A stretch of DNA of 64,000 bases from Tubiluchus corallicola (lineage: Eukaryota; Animalia; Priapulida), in the NCBI GenBank assembly GCA_030141605.1, contig JAQGDQ010000320.1, positions 62,001-126,000 on the forward strand, written 5' to 3'. A program made the translations under genes and the position numbers. Below, one piece after another: positions 46,394-59,600 of the stretch. Under the pieces are notes generated by a model, which worked only from the letters and a program-made list of their open reading frames with translations, made no database searches and was not told the origin of the DNA. How positions within the stretch are numbered: the stretch's first letter is position 1; each line of letters begins with the position of its first letter.

Positions 46394-48079
46394 GGGCACA
46401 TAGTTCACTAGCCCATTTACTTAGTAGAAAACAATTATTTGTCCAAGAGGGAGTGAAACGGATCACCTGTCTGTGAAGCAAGACAAAATAAAAATGATAT
46501 ACCTTAAGCAAATGTTGGAATCACCTAAGAAGTGGGCTTATTTCACTTCAAGGAACATTAATATTGGCAATTATTAATTCTACCAGCTCAGAATGAAATT
46601 CTTTTATTTTATCAGATGTATAATAAATTATTCAACGTGTATCGACATTTTTAATTATTATTATTATTATATAAACAAGGAGAACGGACGTTGTCAGTAC
46701 GCTTAACGATTCAATTCGCAACCTGTCTCTAGTGTCCTACTTGGGCAGCCCATGTACGCCAATTGTCCTACTTCGGCTAGTGGTTTACTCAGCGCCCAAC
46801 AACTATTAACCATATGATTTTTTGTGATGTTCTTGAAAAAAAGTTTGGCATTACTGATGTGATACTCAAGTGATGTACTGATAATCTGTGTGACAGGTGT
46901 CTTTAGGTGCAAGGGAATAACGAATTGTCTCATCAAATAATTATAAATTACTAAGTTCCTCAAGGAAGTGTTCTTGGGGTCTCACTATGCCATTGTGTCT
47001 CACTGTGTATGAAACTAAACTATCTCAAAATGATGACTCAAAAACTGAATTTATGGTGTTTGGAAACAAGACCCAATTAGACAAATGTTTAAAAATGTCT
47101 GTTAAATAAACAAGTCATCCATGCTTGTTGTTAAGTAATGATGATGAATTGCTATTCCATGAGTTTTTGTAAGTAGTAAGCTCATAATGATCTTAGCTTG
47201 AAAATTATTTTTCATTTAATTTGTTTAAACTAATACTTTTTCTTTAGATTGTTTTAGTAAGCTAACTAAGTAACACTGGAACACCATAAGTCGATGTGAC
47301 ACTTGCAATACTGATATCAAGTATCAAAATTTTTGCACTCACTATACTGCAAAACGCTATTTAAATTGTTTTTAAAGACTTTGGACTTTCTTGCGTGTCC
47401 TGGACATTAGTGTATAACAATTAACATTATGATAAACGCTTGAAACTTTGTTTAGATGAAAGTGTGCTTTGTACGCGCTATTTGGATGACTGGTCAGTGA
47501 CTCCATCTGTTATAATTGTAAAGAAACAAAAACGTCTGTCACATTTTATGCACTGGTGTTCCAGCACAGTGTATTTTTGTAATACTTTATACAGTATCCA
47601 AATAAATTTATAATTATATTTACATGTTGGCAATGATGTTCGCAAGTGATTTAATTACATCTAATATCTAATATCTTTATATCTAATACTCTAATAAGAA
47701 TAATTCTTAGTCATCAGTTAAATTTTAAAAACTATGTTAAATCTGAATTTAAAAAATCAACTTTTGTTCTTCATGATATTATCAAGTAAAAAATTCCTAT
47801 CCAAACTAAAGTAAAGAGTAAAGTAAAGATTCTATCAAAAGTTTAATGTCTGCATGAAAAGTAAAAATATAAATGCACGTTGCTTTTAGGCGAATGGCAA
47901 GATGGAATGACTTAATTGCCACGCAGAAGCCAGCACTACTAAGTTAGCATCGAAAACTTACTGGTCAATGGTCACAGACTCAATTAACCGTGAATCGTCC
48001 ACAGCAAATTTGAAACTTCAATCTGGGAGATCTTCGTTATCTTAAAATTTTTGACAAAGAATACAAACCACAAAAAGTA

Positions 48080-48260
48080 AAATGTTAAAGGGAAGTGATG
48101 ATTCCGCAGTAGGATTTCCCTACTTTCTGTCAAAGTATACGAAAACGAAGTAGGGATTATACTGCGCAGCAGTTCGCGCAGTTAGTGTCGCCCTAGCGGC
48201 GCAGCAGTACGGACTGTTGTTGTCATGTACACAATAGCGCAAGCTGTGTGTACTGTAGCA
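48080..48260. promoter_or_regulatory. Putative bidirectional promoter CFDP1/HYPK
   Basis: Local GC/CpG-richer patch (TGCGCAG, GTCGCCCTAGCGGCGC) between a minus-strand donor (GTAAGT at ~47961) and a plus-strand donor (CAG|GTAATT at 48379/80); both genes have an acceptor just upstream of the ATG (45822, 50194). Confidence 0.45.
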
Positions 48261-49629
48261 GATGAACTGATGAGACTACCAAAGCAAGGCCGGTTAACAG
48301 GCGGTCATAAATTCCTCAGCAGTGAGTTGCAAAAACACAAATAAAAATACCTTTTTAAATTTCGCAAGGATGCAGCCAGGTAATTATAATAACATGTTAA
48401 TTATAACACAGTTTTTTTGTAACTTTTGTTGCAAGTTAAATATTTTGTACACTAAGCAAAAACTGCAAGGCCTACAGCTGTTATATTTTTGAATATTATT
48501 TAAAATAAGCATAAGGCATTAAGAATAACTAGTAGTTAAAGTAAAAACTTATAATCATATCTCATGAAAATTACTAGGCTTATTTACAAAACAAGCTAAG
48601 AAAGTTGATCATAAAGAAAGTTTGCAAATAGCTGGCTCATGTAGTATTCTATTTCTGGAGAAATATTTTTTCTAAAAAATATGCCTATTTAATACGTTCT
48701 TATCAGGGAAATATAACTTGAAGAAATATTAGGCCTGACTTTCAAGTGTAATACCTTTCTTAGAAAAAAATCCATTTTTTTAAAAGAGCAAATAATTTTT
48801 CTATAACAAAACTTAATCTAAGCATCTGCATGTTTTGTTAGTTCCAAGTTAAGAGATGTTTAAAAAACATGTAATCATACATTGGCCTTTGTTATGAGTT
48901 GGAGTTGGTTATAAACTCACATTGAACAAACGGAGATGCATTTACGATATTACTCATCTTTTTTAGTGTCAGTGAACAAAAAATAACAAAACGAAACATC
49001 AGAGCTAAGCAGCCGACATTACTTCCACCTCTATAACAACCAACTAACTAGGTCAAAATCAAGTTATGGAATTCAGGTGAGAAGCCAACCTGGTGCATAA
49101 ATTAGAATCTGCCCAAGGGTAATAACACCTTATATATCATGTGTAGACGTAACTTATATTTAAGCTAATTTTCTTAAGATTCAGTTAGGTTTACATCAAA
49201 ATAAGTGTTCATTAAATACAGTTTGTTTACATGTAAAAAATGTACTTGTATACGTATACTGATAAAACACCTGTGGCTAAACCCAGTGACAAGTCTTGAT
49301 AAATTTTATTTATAGATGGGCATAAATTAATTGATTTTATACAGGCCCAGGTGCTAAGGGCAATCATTTTATATAGTTAAATATATAGGCTCAGTTTCAT
49401 ATAATCTTTGTATGTAATAATGCATACATCATAGTCTGTGTGCATGGGTGTATCAAGACGTTACGATGCCCTAGGCTGGCAGCTCAGTCCTACTCATCTC
49501 TACTACTATAATGATTATTTATATATTAAGAAATTCGTACTTCCTAAAGTGTTTCGTACTGAAAGTTCTTCCTAAAGTGTTCCTAAACTCCTTCAGTAGA
49601 ATTGTAATTAATGCACCTTTCATTTGATA

Positions 49630-49910
49630 GTAGTATGGCTTGTAATTCCTCTCTCCACAGTATCAAATGCCTTACTCATATCAAGTAACAAGACAGTGAT
49701 TTGATAAGAACTGGGTGTGACTACATTTTCTGCTAATATTTTTGCTGACATTACTAGTTCAGTAGTGCTTCTGCCCTCAGTGTATGCAGCTTGACTTGTT
49801 GATACTATAATATCCCCTGCTTAACTTTTTTGGATAGTTTCCTGTTTCATATATAGTGTTTAACAAATTTGATATTCCGATGCTAATAATGTTCAGCCCA
49901 TTCTTTAGAT
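49630..49910 (-). mobile_element. Degenerate non-LTR reverse transcriptase fragment
   Basis: Minus strand: ..ISNLLNTIYETGNYP.. / GRSTTELVMSAKILAE...VLLLDMSKAFDTVER. Confidence 0.75.
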
Positions 49911-50211
49911 ACAAAAGGCTATAGTATAGTTCCACAGTCCACTTGTTAAAAGCTTCCGGTAACCTCGAACAAATTTCTGCAATAAATGTATCTATGACCA
50001 ATATAATACCGCTCTAAGCTGATCTAACTCTAAAGTTGCGCTTTCTACAACACGCTCAAGACAATGTGTAGTTGTGACTTGTGACACAGTTAACTGAATG
50101 TTACTGGTTTACAGACTGATCAATGATATGAGTTGCTGTTTCATGTTATTATAACATATTTATCTTTTGGTGCTGTTTATTTGACGTTGCTTAGTCATTC
50201 GCAAGCTTAAA

Positions 50212-51344
50212 ATGGGTTTGCAGACTGAAGTAGACGATGCTGATGGTGATATTTCTGAATCGGAAAATGAAGAAAAGAAAGCACAAAGAGCGAAAAAAGA
50301 AAAGAAACATGATAACGTAGGGGCTGCAGACTTAGAAAAGGTTACTGACTATGCAGAAGAAAAAGAAATTTCTTCTCAAGCAATTGGGGACGTAAGTGTT
50401 ACAAAAATTGATTTTCATGCTTTTACTCGATTTACCGTCGATTGTCAATCTTCAGTAAAGTTTGGCAAAAATTTGAGAGTTGGTCAATAGCACTGTAACT
50501 ATAGCTATAATTTTACTTTCTTTTAGTAATTGTTGCTTTAATAGTGGCAAAATAGGCTCATGAAAACAGCTCTGACCGACCTGTGACATCAAAAGGATGG
50601 GGTACCTATATAGATAAAATTGTATGCATGAATTACATTACAGTATTTCAAAAGCACTATTGAGCTGTTCATGAAATTAACAGAATTCAGAACACCTCTG
50701 AGCCAGCATCATTGTGATATGTAAACAATGTGATTATGACAATTATTATGATTAGGAACTTGGCTGTTCCACAATGCTTCTGCTTCATAAGCAATTTTTT
50801 ATCATTACTTTGTTTTTAGATTTTTTTTACATTCACTAATCTCAGGATTACAGTTTGTGGTTCCTGACGACCAAGTCGAATTATTATTCATTGCACACGG
50901 CCTACCCAGAAAGCTTGAATTTTTTGTAAAGTATTTGAATAAGGCTATTATAATTGAATTTTGTAGGCAATGGCTCTCATTGGTGGAAAGAAAAAGAAGG
51001 AAAATGCAGAAAAGGCAGAGAAAGAAAAAGAATTGGCAAAAGTAAAGATAAAAAAGGATGATGTTGAACTTATCGTAAGTTAGTTCAATTTTGTAAGAGA
51101 ATTAGAAAAAAGTAGAAATTAGAAACACATATTGATAAGTCACACAGTACTGTTTGCTAGTAATTTATTAATGTACCTCAAAAATATTATTATGAACATG
51201 CTTACATAGTTTGTTTAATGTAATGATTAGTAACTTTTTGTACTTTAGATGAATGAGATGCTTGTTACCAGGATACAAGCCGAGCGGAAGTTGCGACTAC
51301 ACAGAGGTGATTTAGTGGCTACCTTGGCAGAGCTTACCAACTGA
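50212..51344 (+). CDS. HYPK: Huntingtin-interacting protein K, 3 coding exons, 127 aa
   Basis: Exons 50212-50391, 50967-51074, 51249-51344, all phase 0. KHDNVGAADLEKVTDYAEEKEI, EKELAKVKIKKDDVELIMNEM, AERKLRLHRGDLVATLAELTN* match HYPK. Confidence 0.95.
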
Positions 51345-53675
51345 TAAATGGGCAAGAGCAAAATATGGAAACTTGTAAATATAGTTAAATTTGAACATCT
51401 ATAACCAGGGATGAGAATTTTCCACGGATAAGCGAAACTGGAAGACCAGTAGTTCCATTTTTGTAAATCGCGTAAATTCGTTGAGAAAATTTTTACGGAT
51501 CCAGTACATTATTTCATAAGCTGACCGCTAGTTGGCAGGCCGTCACTTTGTTTACATCAGGTACATCAGTGTAACGACGTGTATATCTCTATGTATAAAA
51601 ATATAGAATCAATTGTGCGGAGTTATTTGAGTCAATTGCAGACAGTTTTTATATACTTTACATTGGAGCGGCCAGTACTTAGGCGTTTTTGAGACAACTA
51701 GGAATCATGTATCCTTGATAGTCTAAGTCCACTTAGAGGTTCTCTATGGTCACAAAATAGCAATTTGTTGCTCGCTCCAAGGGGATTATTACCACATTAT
51801 TATTATTATCACTTTATTACCACCAGTCAGCAACTTGTAGAACAATGGATGCATATACTACTGAATGGTATTTTTAGTTTGCATCTTCGACTGCCTCCTG
51901 ATATAAAAATACTCATCAAATATAATTGATGTCAAATTAGAACTTTCATATTTCAGAGAACTGTTCTGCAATGAAAGTCAGCAATTTTCGGGTCAGAGTT
52001 TTAAACGTGTTATTGAACTTACAAACTATAGTGGCCACAGGCCAGCCAGTAGTTAACTAGATACAGAATGCACCACATTGTTTCTGTACTTGCTACCTAT
52101 CATTAATATTATAGAATTTGCAGTGCTGACGATGGTGATTCTTCAACTAGGAAAATATTTGAGCTATGCTTGTGAAAAAGTGTAAATTAATAAATTTGAT
52201 TTGAAAAACACAAAACCTCAAAAGACAAAACATTTTCTCCATAATTATAACACCATCTATTGTCAGATATCTACACTAAAATGTATATGCACGTCCCAAT
52301 ACAATGTAAATGGCAGTCTCTCCCACAATATCTAAAATAACTATAAAATGTGGAGACTGCTGATATATATAAGGTCATTATTATAACTGTACAGAATAAA
52401 AATTCGTGATGCAAAACAATATTAAAAAATAAAAGTTAAGAAATAAAAACATTTGCATCTGTTACTACATAATGGGGTAAGATTTTAGAGACATTTCATT
52501 AATTCAGCCAAATGTGCACACTAAATTCATTAGATTTTGGCTTGTTTTAAAATATTGCTACAGCAATTTAGATTTTTCATAGTTGAACTACAAGAACACA
52601 CAAGCTACAAGTTATTCTAGGCCAGCAAGATCAGGAACGGCACAACAACGACTTCTGTAGTGTGCAGGAAAAAAACAGAAATCGTTACTGTGCAGCATTA
52701 TCAATTATTTATAGCGACTGCAAAGTAGTGCAAACTATTTTACAGAACAATTTTGCCAAGAATCAATCTTCACTAGAGCAATAAGTTAACATGACGCAAA
52801 GATAGTTCAACAATAAATAGTGACAGGTACAATAAATACGGAGCTCTAGCTGGAATTGAAGCACTTGACCTTCCATACCGATGCTAATGAAAAGGCAGTT
52901 CATTACATAATAGTATACATGTAATTATGGAAACAATTCTTAATAACAAGGGTAGATATAATTAATAAAAATCCCACAATTAAGAAAGAGTCTGGAATTT
53001 CTTTTTCTTGACTGGGATCTTTATTAGTTATACATGTAAAAGTGGGAAGTCAGACAACACTGATTTACAAAGGCTTGTAACGCAAGACGATGTGGAATAC
53101 AGCAACTGACCTGCAACAGTTGTTACAAAAACAATCTTTACTTGGCTTATAATTAGCTTAGCAATTGAAAAGGAACCTCACCACAGAGGAAATCAATTTT
53201 CAAGACTTTATACTGTCAGAGTCACTGTTTGGAAGTACTTTGGAACTGTGCAAGTTTGATTAATGAATTCAACTACTTGCAAGAGAGAACCATAACCAAC
53301 AAATTTGAAAACAACGAACTCTGAGGACTTTTCAATTGAGGAAATCGTAAACACACCTTAGATCAGCTATGGATGACAATGATACCATACACCAGGATAT
53401 TATGCAGGGAAAGAAAAGATCACAACAAATAAAAAACAACTTTCTCTTAGTTCGAGGAAGACAAAGTGGAAGAAGTATTGATACATTTTCAATTATTGAT
53501 AAATTTTAGAATCCAAGGAAACAGAAATATCAGCTTCAGCTACTTTGACTTTCATTTCAATGTAAATAAAAAAATAAGACACAAAACGTTATACCATGGA
53601 GTGAAGATACCTTCTGACTATTTAGCATGTTCTTTCTGTAATATATTTGCTTCTGATAAAGACAACATAATGAGA

Positions 53676-56600
53676 TTATGTTGGCCTGTCTTTTAGTTTT
53701 TTGAGTAGCAGTGCTTGCAAGGTGCTGGTATTAGTTGAACTGTCGAAATTTTTCAAGTTACGACTAGCACCCTTGGCAGAAGGCTGATTGTAAGTTAGTG
53801 AAGGGGCGGACGGTTGACTGAATGGTGAACTTGGCACACTCCGTACTTGCAAAGGCGTATTATTGCTCAACTGCAAAGAGCTGCCTTGTGGAATGGCTTC
53901 TGAAGCCTTTAGGTAGTCTTTAATTTTGGCAACTTTTTCACTTTCTTCCGGGTCAAGTTCTGTCATGGAACCAGTATGAGACGACGTATGGTATGGTACG
54001 GTTGCCACAGCAGCCCGCTGCGGTGCATCCTGTATACCCATGTGAGAGTACTGGCCATCTACACTGGAAGGAGGCTGAGGAACAGGAGAGGAAGGTAGAC
54101 TTATTCTACCTTTAAGCCACATACGATTCTCAATCTTCTGCATCGAGGATTGAGCTGATTGATGGCGCATACGAGAGAAATGTGGCTTGCCTCGAGGCGG
54201 TGGTGACATGGTGTTGGGTTTCTGTAAAGCAGGATTACCACTCGTATGTTGTGCTATGTTACCACCCTGTGGTGCAACTTGCTGTTGTACATGTTGCATG
54301 GCCCCTTGACATGGAGACATGATGGGCGTTTGTCGTGGGGAATTGCTGGCACTGTGATTGAAGGTGAACGTAGAACTATTCTTGTTAAACTTGTGAGGCG
54401 ATATTGGTATGAAAGAATTTGCCTGGCTGGATTGACTCTGCATTGATGAGACGCAAAGATAGGACTTGTCAGAGCTAGCCGGAGATTGTGGAGCAGAAAT
54501 GACAAGGGAAGAATCGGATTTGTTTCTGGGTGGTTGTGGTGGCGCATATGTATCAGGTGAAGCCGGAGTGGAATTCCCGCTGTTACTACACGTGCCTTGT
54601 AGCTGCTGAGTGTACGGTGAGCTAGGAACGCTCCCCCAACATGGATCAGCGTTAGATAACTGACCAATTACTGTTGAAGGTCGAGCATTGCTCCAAGCAT
54701 CAGGAATCGGGGTAGTCCTCGGAGTAAAGGATGGCATACTTTCAGAAGATTTATGCCTTACCCTATCTAATAAATCTTTGTCACTGTCTTCACCAGTATT
54801 CATGGCAGTCATACTCTTGCTATAGTGCATGTGTGACACTGCCGCTGCAGTTCCTATACACTTTCCAGAATTCTGCCTAGATCTTGCAGTTGGATACTGA
54901 TCACTGTACTTCTGTACCAAACGACTCGCTATCTCCATTGGTATATGAGCTGCGTTAACTCTCTGTTGAAAAATGGGGGAATCTCTAGACAAACAACTTT
55001 GCTGACTAGAGAAAGGGTTAACATTTGGTGCGACAAAATCTGTGGTTATTCTCTGCTCAATGCCGATGTCCTGCACACAAGGTTCTGATGGTACAGACTC
55101 GAATGCCTCTGCGATAGCATCTGGGTGCTGGGCAATGATGGCTGCAATTTGATCCAATTGCTCCTGCGTCAGCCCAGTAGCAACGGGTGTAACAGGATTA
55201 GAATGTTCGACAGAACCTTCACCACTATGATGCTGTGGGTATGGAGTGGTGTTTGGAGTAGGCGGATAAGGTGTCGAGGCACCACTGCTACCATCAACCC
55301 AATGCCAACCCTCCTCTCTTGAACACATGCTTCTAAAGGTAGTTTGATGATGTTGGTTTAATGTCAATGCAGGGCTATTTGGCATGCTGTTGTTGCCCAA
55401 GTTGGCTTGCAACTGTCTTGTAGGTGTTGTACTTTTTATCAGTCTATCAGCAGAAACAGTTGCCCCTGTTCCAAAGCCAAATGTCTGAGCTACCTCTGCA
55501 TCGAGAGACTTCTGAACTGGACATAGCTCTTCGGTCAAGTTATCCAGCAGCCCATCAGTTCTCATAGCAGCTTGGTTGGGATTTATTGGGTGTGTTTGGG
55601 TCTGATTTTGTTCACTTTTTGCAACAGCATAGCTTCCAGCTTGTTTTGTATTGTTGAACTCTGTTATTTTAGGTTGTGCCCCAACTGCACTTGTAGTAGT
55701 CATCATAGGGTGAAATGTTTTTGGACGAATAATCGATTGATCGGTTGAGGGTAAAAGTGCTTTACTCACAGGCTTTTTTGCTTTAACTGTAGTACTTTCA
55801 ACATTATTATCAGGTGATGGTCTTTTCCTATTGCCCTTCGCGGCAACCTTGTTATCTTTTTTGGAAATAATCTTATCAGTAGCTAATTGGCTATGGCTAG
55901 CATCAGGTGATGGCTTTGGTTGGACGAGTTTGTACCTGTATTTCATAGTTGTTTGCACTGGCACTGCAATCACAACAGGTAAAGACGAAAGATCACCCTG
56001 CACGGTAATGGCAGCCGTGGTTTTGCTATTAACCGTTTTATCAATACCCATGTTAGCAACATTGTGAAAGGCACTTCCCTGTCTAACATTAATAGGGCTG
56101 TTTATCACAGTGTTTTCGTTTTTTTTAATGTTAGATTCGACAACTTTTGCGGCACTTTCACTTTGCGTTCTATTATCACAGCTCTCATGAAGTGTTTTCT
56201 TGCTTTCATTTTCATTAGAGATTCCTCCAAACTGGTCTGACTTATCGCTTTTCTTTTTGCTAAGCTCAACTTTTCCATCATTTGCCACCTGTGCCGCTTG
56301 GTCGAGATCGATTTTTGCTTGCAGGTTTTCCTGCTGTTGTTCCAGAAGCTTTTGTCGCTGCTGTTGATACAGCGCCCTCTCTTGGACTTTTCGTTTCAAC
56401 TGCATCTGTGTTTCCTTGTGACGGTCAGCTGAAGGCACTTTGGATGGTCCTAAGGACAGGAAAGAAAATGATCAAACAAAAGCTTAACCCTTTCATACCC
56501 GTTGTATCCCGTGGGATACGAGAATATTTTTTGTCTTTAAAATTAATAAAATTTTAAAACTGACAGTTATTTGATCTGTTAATAGTTATTTGATCTGTTA

Positions 56601-59600
56601 ATAGTTATTTTGATTTAAGCCAATAACAATAGACTAAAAATGGTGATAAAATGGCAAACTAGAAAATCTACATAGCATAAAAAACGGCGCAAGGTACAGT
56701 ACTTTAGAGACACTTTGTACAGATCAACATAGCATACATACTAAATGTCTTAAATAGTTTGAAAAATTATCAGCAGTTGTAAAATGAAGCACATTTTATG
56801 CTTCCATTGAATCCCAATGTATCCCGTGGGATACAGGCTATATTTAGCACACGGGCACAGGTAGAAAAAAATAATTATTATGTGTAAACAAGACGGACAT
56901 ACTGAACAAAAGTACAAAATCAAAAAAGTTTCTTATTAAAAATAATTTGGGACTGAAAGGGTTAACTTAAAGAAAAACAATTTAAAGCCTGTAATAAAAA
57001 AAATTTCTCTTGAATATTCTTGAATTTGTTACTGCTACAGATTTGTCTTATCGGTACACCTAAGCATTATTTCACCTCACTCACAAAATGATTGTATGAG
57101 TAACTAGTAAACTCATCATTGTTTCACAAAGTATAGCGCATCTGAAACAGAGGCCTTTATTTTGACAAGTCCGTCCCCAGCCTCATACAAACAGTTACGT
57201 ATCTGGATTTTTTTAGAAACCAAATGTTAGAATACCAAGGCTCAGTTTGAAAATATAGTTGTCCTCGCTTGACAACTACCCGTTTAGCGACGTTTCGTTT
57301 CAACGACGCTAAATGTTTGACAACTTTTTTCGCTTAAAGATGCATATTTCATTTTAACAACAATCTTTTTACTTTGTTCAATGCCTTTTTTGTTTTATGA
57401 ACAACATTTTTACCTAATTTGAAGCTCTGTTCTAAGAATAGACTAGTAACTTAAAACAGAACAATTATTATGTTTTTCCTCTCCTTGTTATGCCTGTGTT
57501 AAATGCTAGCAATGTTTTGTGAATTATACCCTTCCAGGAACCTAGATACAAACTTCATGCCTGCAACCTATTGCTATCATTCTCAAGCGTTTCACAGTGC
57601 TTGGTTTTTACTATGCAATGTTCAGCCCCTAACTATGTATCTACGGGTTCAATAATTAGGTATTGGCAAGAAAGATATGTTTAAAAGCCAGCAGAAAGAA
57701 ATTAATCAGTAGAATTACGAATACGTTTAATTTATAAGAATTACGTAGTATTGATTTTTCCCTCTGGGGGGTATCTCAATTCCTTTTCATTACTTTCTGT
57801 GGATGACTTGGTTTCGTTTAACCCTTTCATACCCGTTGTATCCCGTGGGATATGAGAATATTTTCTGCCTTTAAAAATAATAAAACTTTAAAACTGAGAG
57901 TTATTTGATCTGTTAATAGTTATTTTGATTTAAGCCAATAACAATAGACTAAAATGGTGATAAAATGGCAAACTAGAAAATCTACATAGCATAAAAAACT
58001 GCGCAAGGTACAGTACTTTAGAGACGACTTTGTACAGATCAGCATAGCATGCATACTAAATGTCTTAAATACTTTAAAAAATTATCAGCAGTTGCAAAAT
58101 GAAGCACATTTTATGCTTCCATTGAATCACAATGTATCCCGTGGGATACAGGCTATATTTAGCACGCGGGCACAGGTAGAAAAAAATAATTATTATGTGC
58201 AAACAAGATGGACATACTGAATAAAAGTACCAAGCCAGAAAAATTTTTCCTTATTAAAAAAATAATTTGGGACTGAAAGGGTTAATGTCGCATTTTGCTA
58301 GAAAGCATTAGCATCATACTGTACTTAGTTAGCAAGTAGCAAGACCGCAACAGCCTCGTCGATTATTACAGTACTTATGTGCACTAAATTTTGTGTGAGG
58401 GGTACCTTACTCTATTTGCATGTCTAAGTAAAACAGGCCAAAACAAGAGTTTTAACATGCTAGGAATTGAGTGCCGTCCTTAGTCCGCTGCTAAATCAGG
58501 AAGTACTGATGTCAACAGGTGCGGAAGACTTCACTCACTCAAATTAGCACAACAGTGAATATGACCCTGAAACACGTACCCGCATCCAATTGTGCCTCTT
58601 TCCCATTCCGACCGAGCACAGCAAAAGCGGCGATGGAATGGTTGTTGACGTACATGTTGGATATCAAATAGACGGCAATCTCTTGGAGGTTGCTGAACGA
58701 CCTACCCAGCAGTTTTTGTGCCCATTCACAAATAACAGCATTTGTGGCAGTACTCACTTCAGTTTCAGGTTTCGGTGCCTAAGTAGAAATTGGGTAAAAA
58801 AACATCAAATATTAGCCAACAGCCAACAAACAAACAACAAAAAATGGATAAGATAATACAAGGTGCCTAACAACAATTTAAAGGACAATATTTTTCATTT
58901 TTTGTATTAAAAAATTAATGCTTTGCACAGCAGTACAACAAAGTATATATATATATATATATATATGCCTAGTCAGAGGTCATCACAGTTGATTTAATTA
59001 TTTAATTACTAAGTACAGCTTAGAAGAAAAGGCTAACGTTGTTACTTAATGGTGCACGTAGGGTGGCACATGGCTCAGGAGATCGACAATTTTCGGAGAA
59101 ACAATGGCGTTATTCTGAAAATACCAGATGTATTATTGCGACAACCTTTGCACATGGTTTAATGCTAGCGTTGAATTTCCAAGGATTGTCGTGTTACAAG
59201 CAACTAATATGTACAGAAAAGAGTTATTCTGGCGCAGTGCTGCAAACTAAACTAAAGGAGACTCTTAGAAAAAATTTGTTTATCTTTATCCCATCATCCA
59301 TCATGTCGAAAAAGGAAAGCCGGCTTCAGGGATGCAAAAACGTGCATAATTTGTCGCTTCACCCATGAAAAAAATGACAAAACATTAAAGGGGTAGTTTG
59401 CCCGAATTTTATTACACCCGGGTGCCAAAAACACTTGCTATGCCCCCTGGCAATATTACACTGTTACAATATAGATGAACTAAATGAAATGATTCTAAAC
59501 TTATGTTTGAAAACTAAATAAACTATATGAAATAAAACAATTATTGAATTTCTGTGTTCTGCATTTAGCTAAGAAGTTCTTTAGACGGCGGCAAGTACTA

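Noticed and set aside
48267-48310. CTGATGAG as a hammerhead core
   Set aside because: No stem II closed by GAAA downstream.
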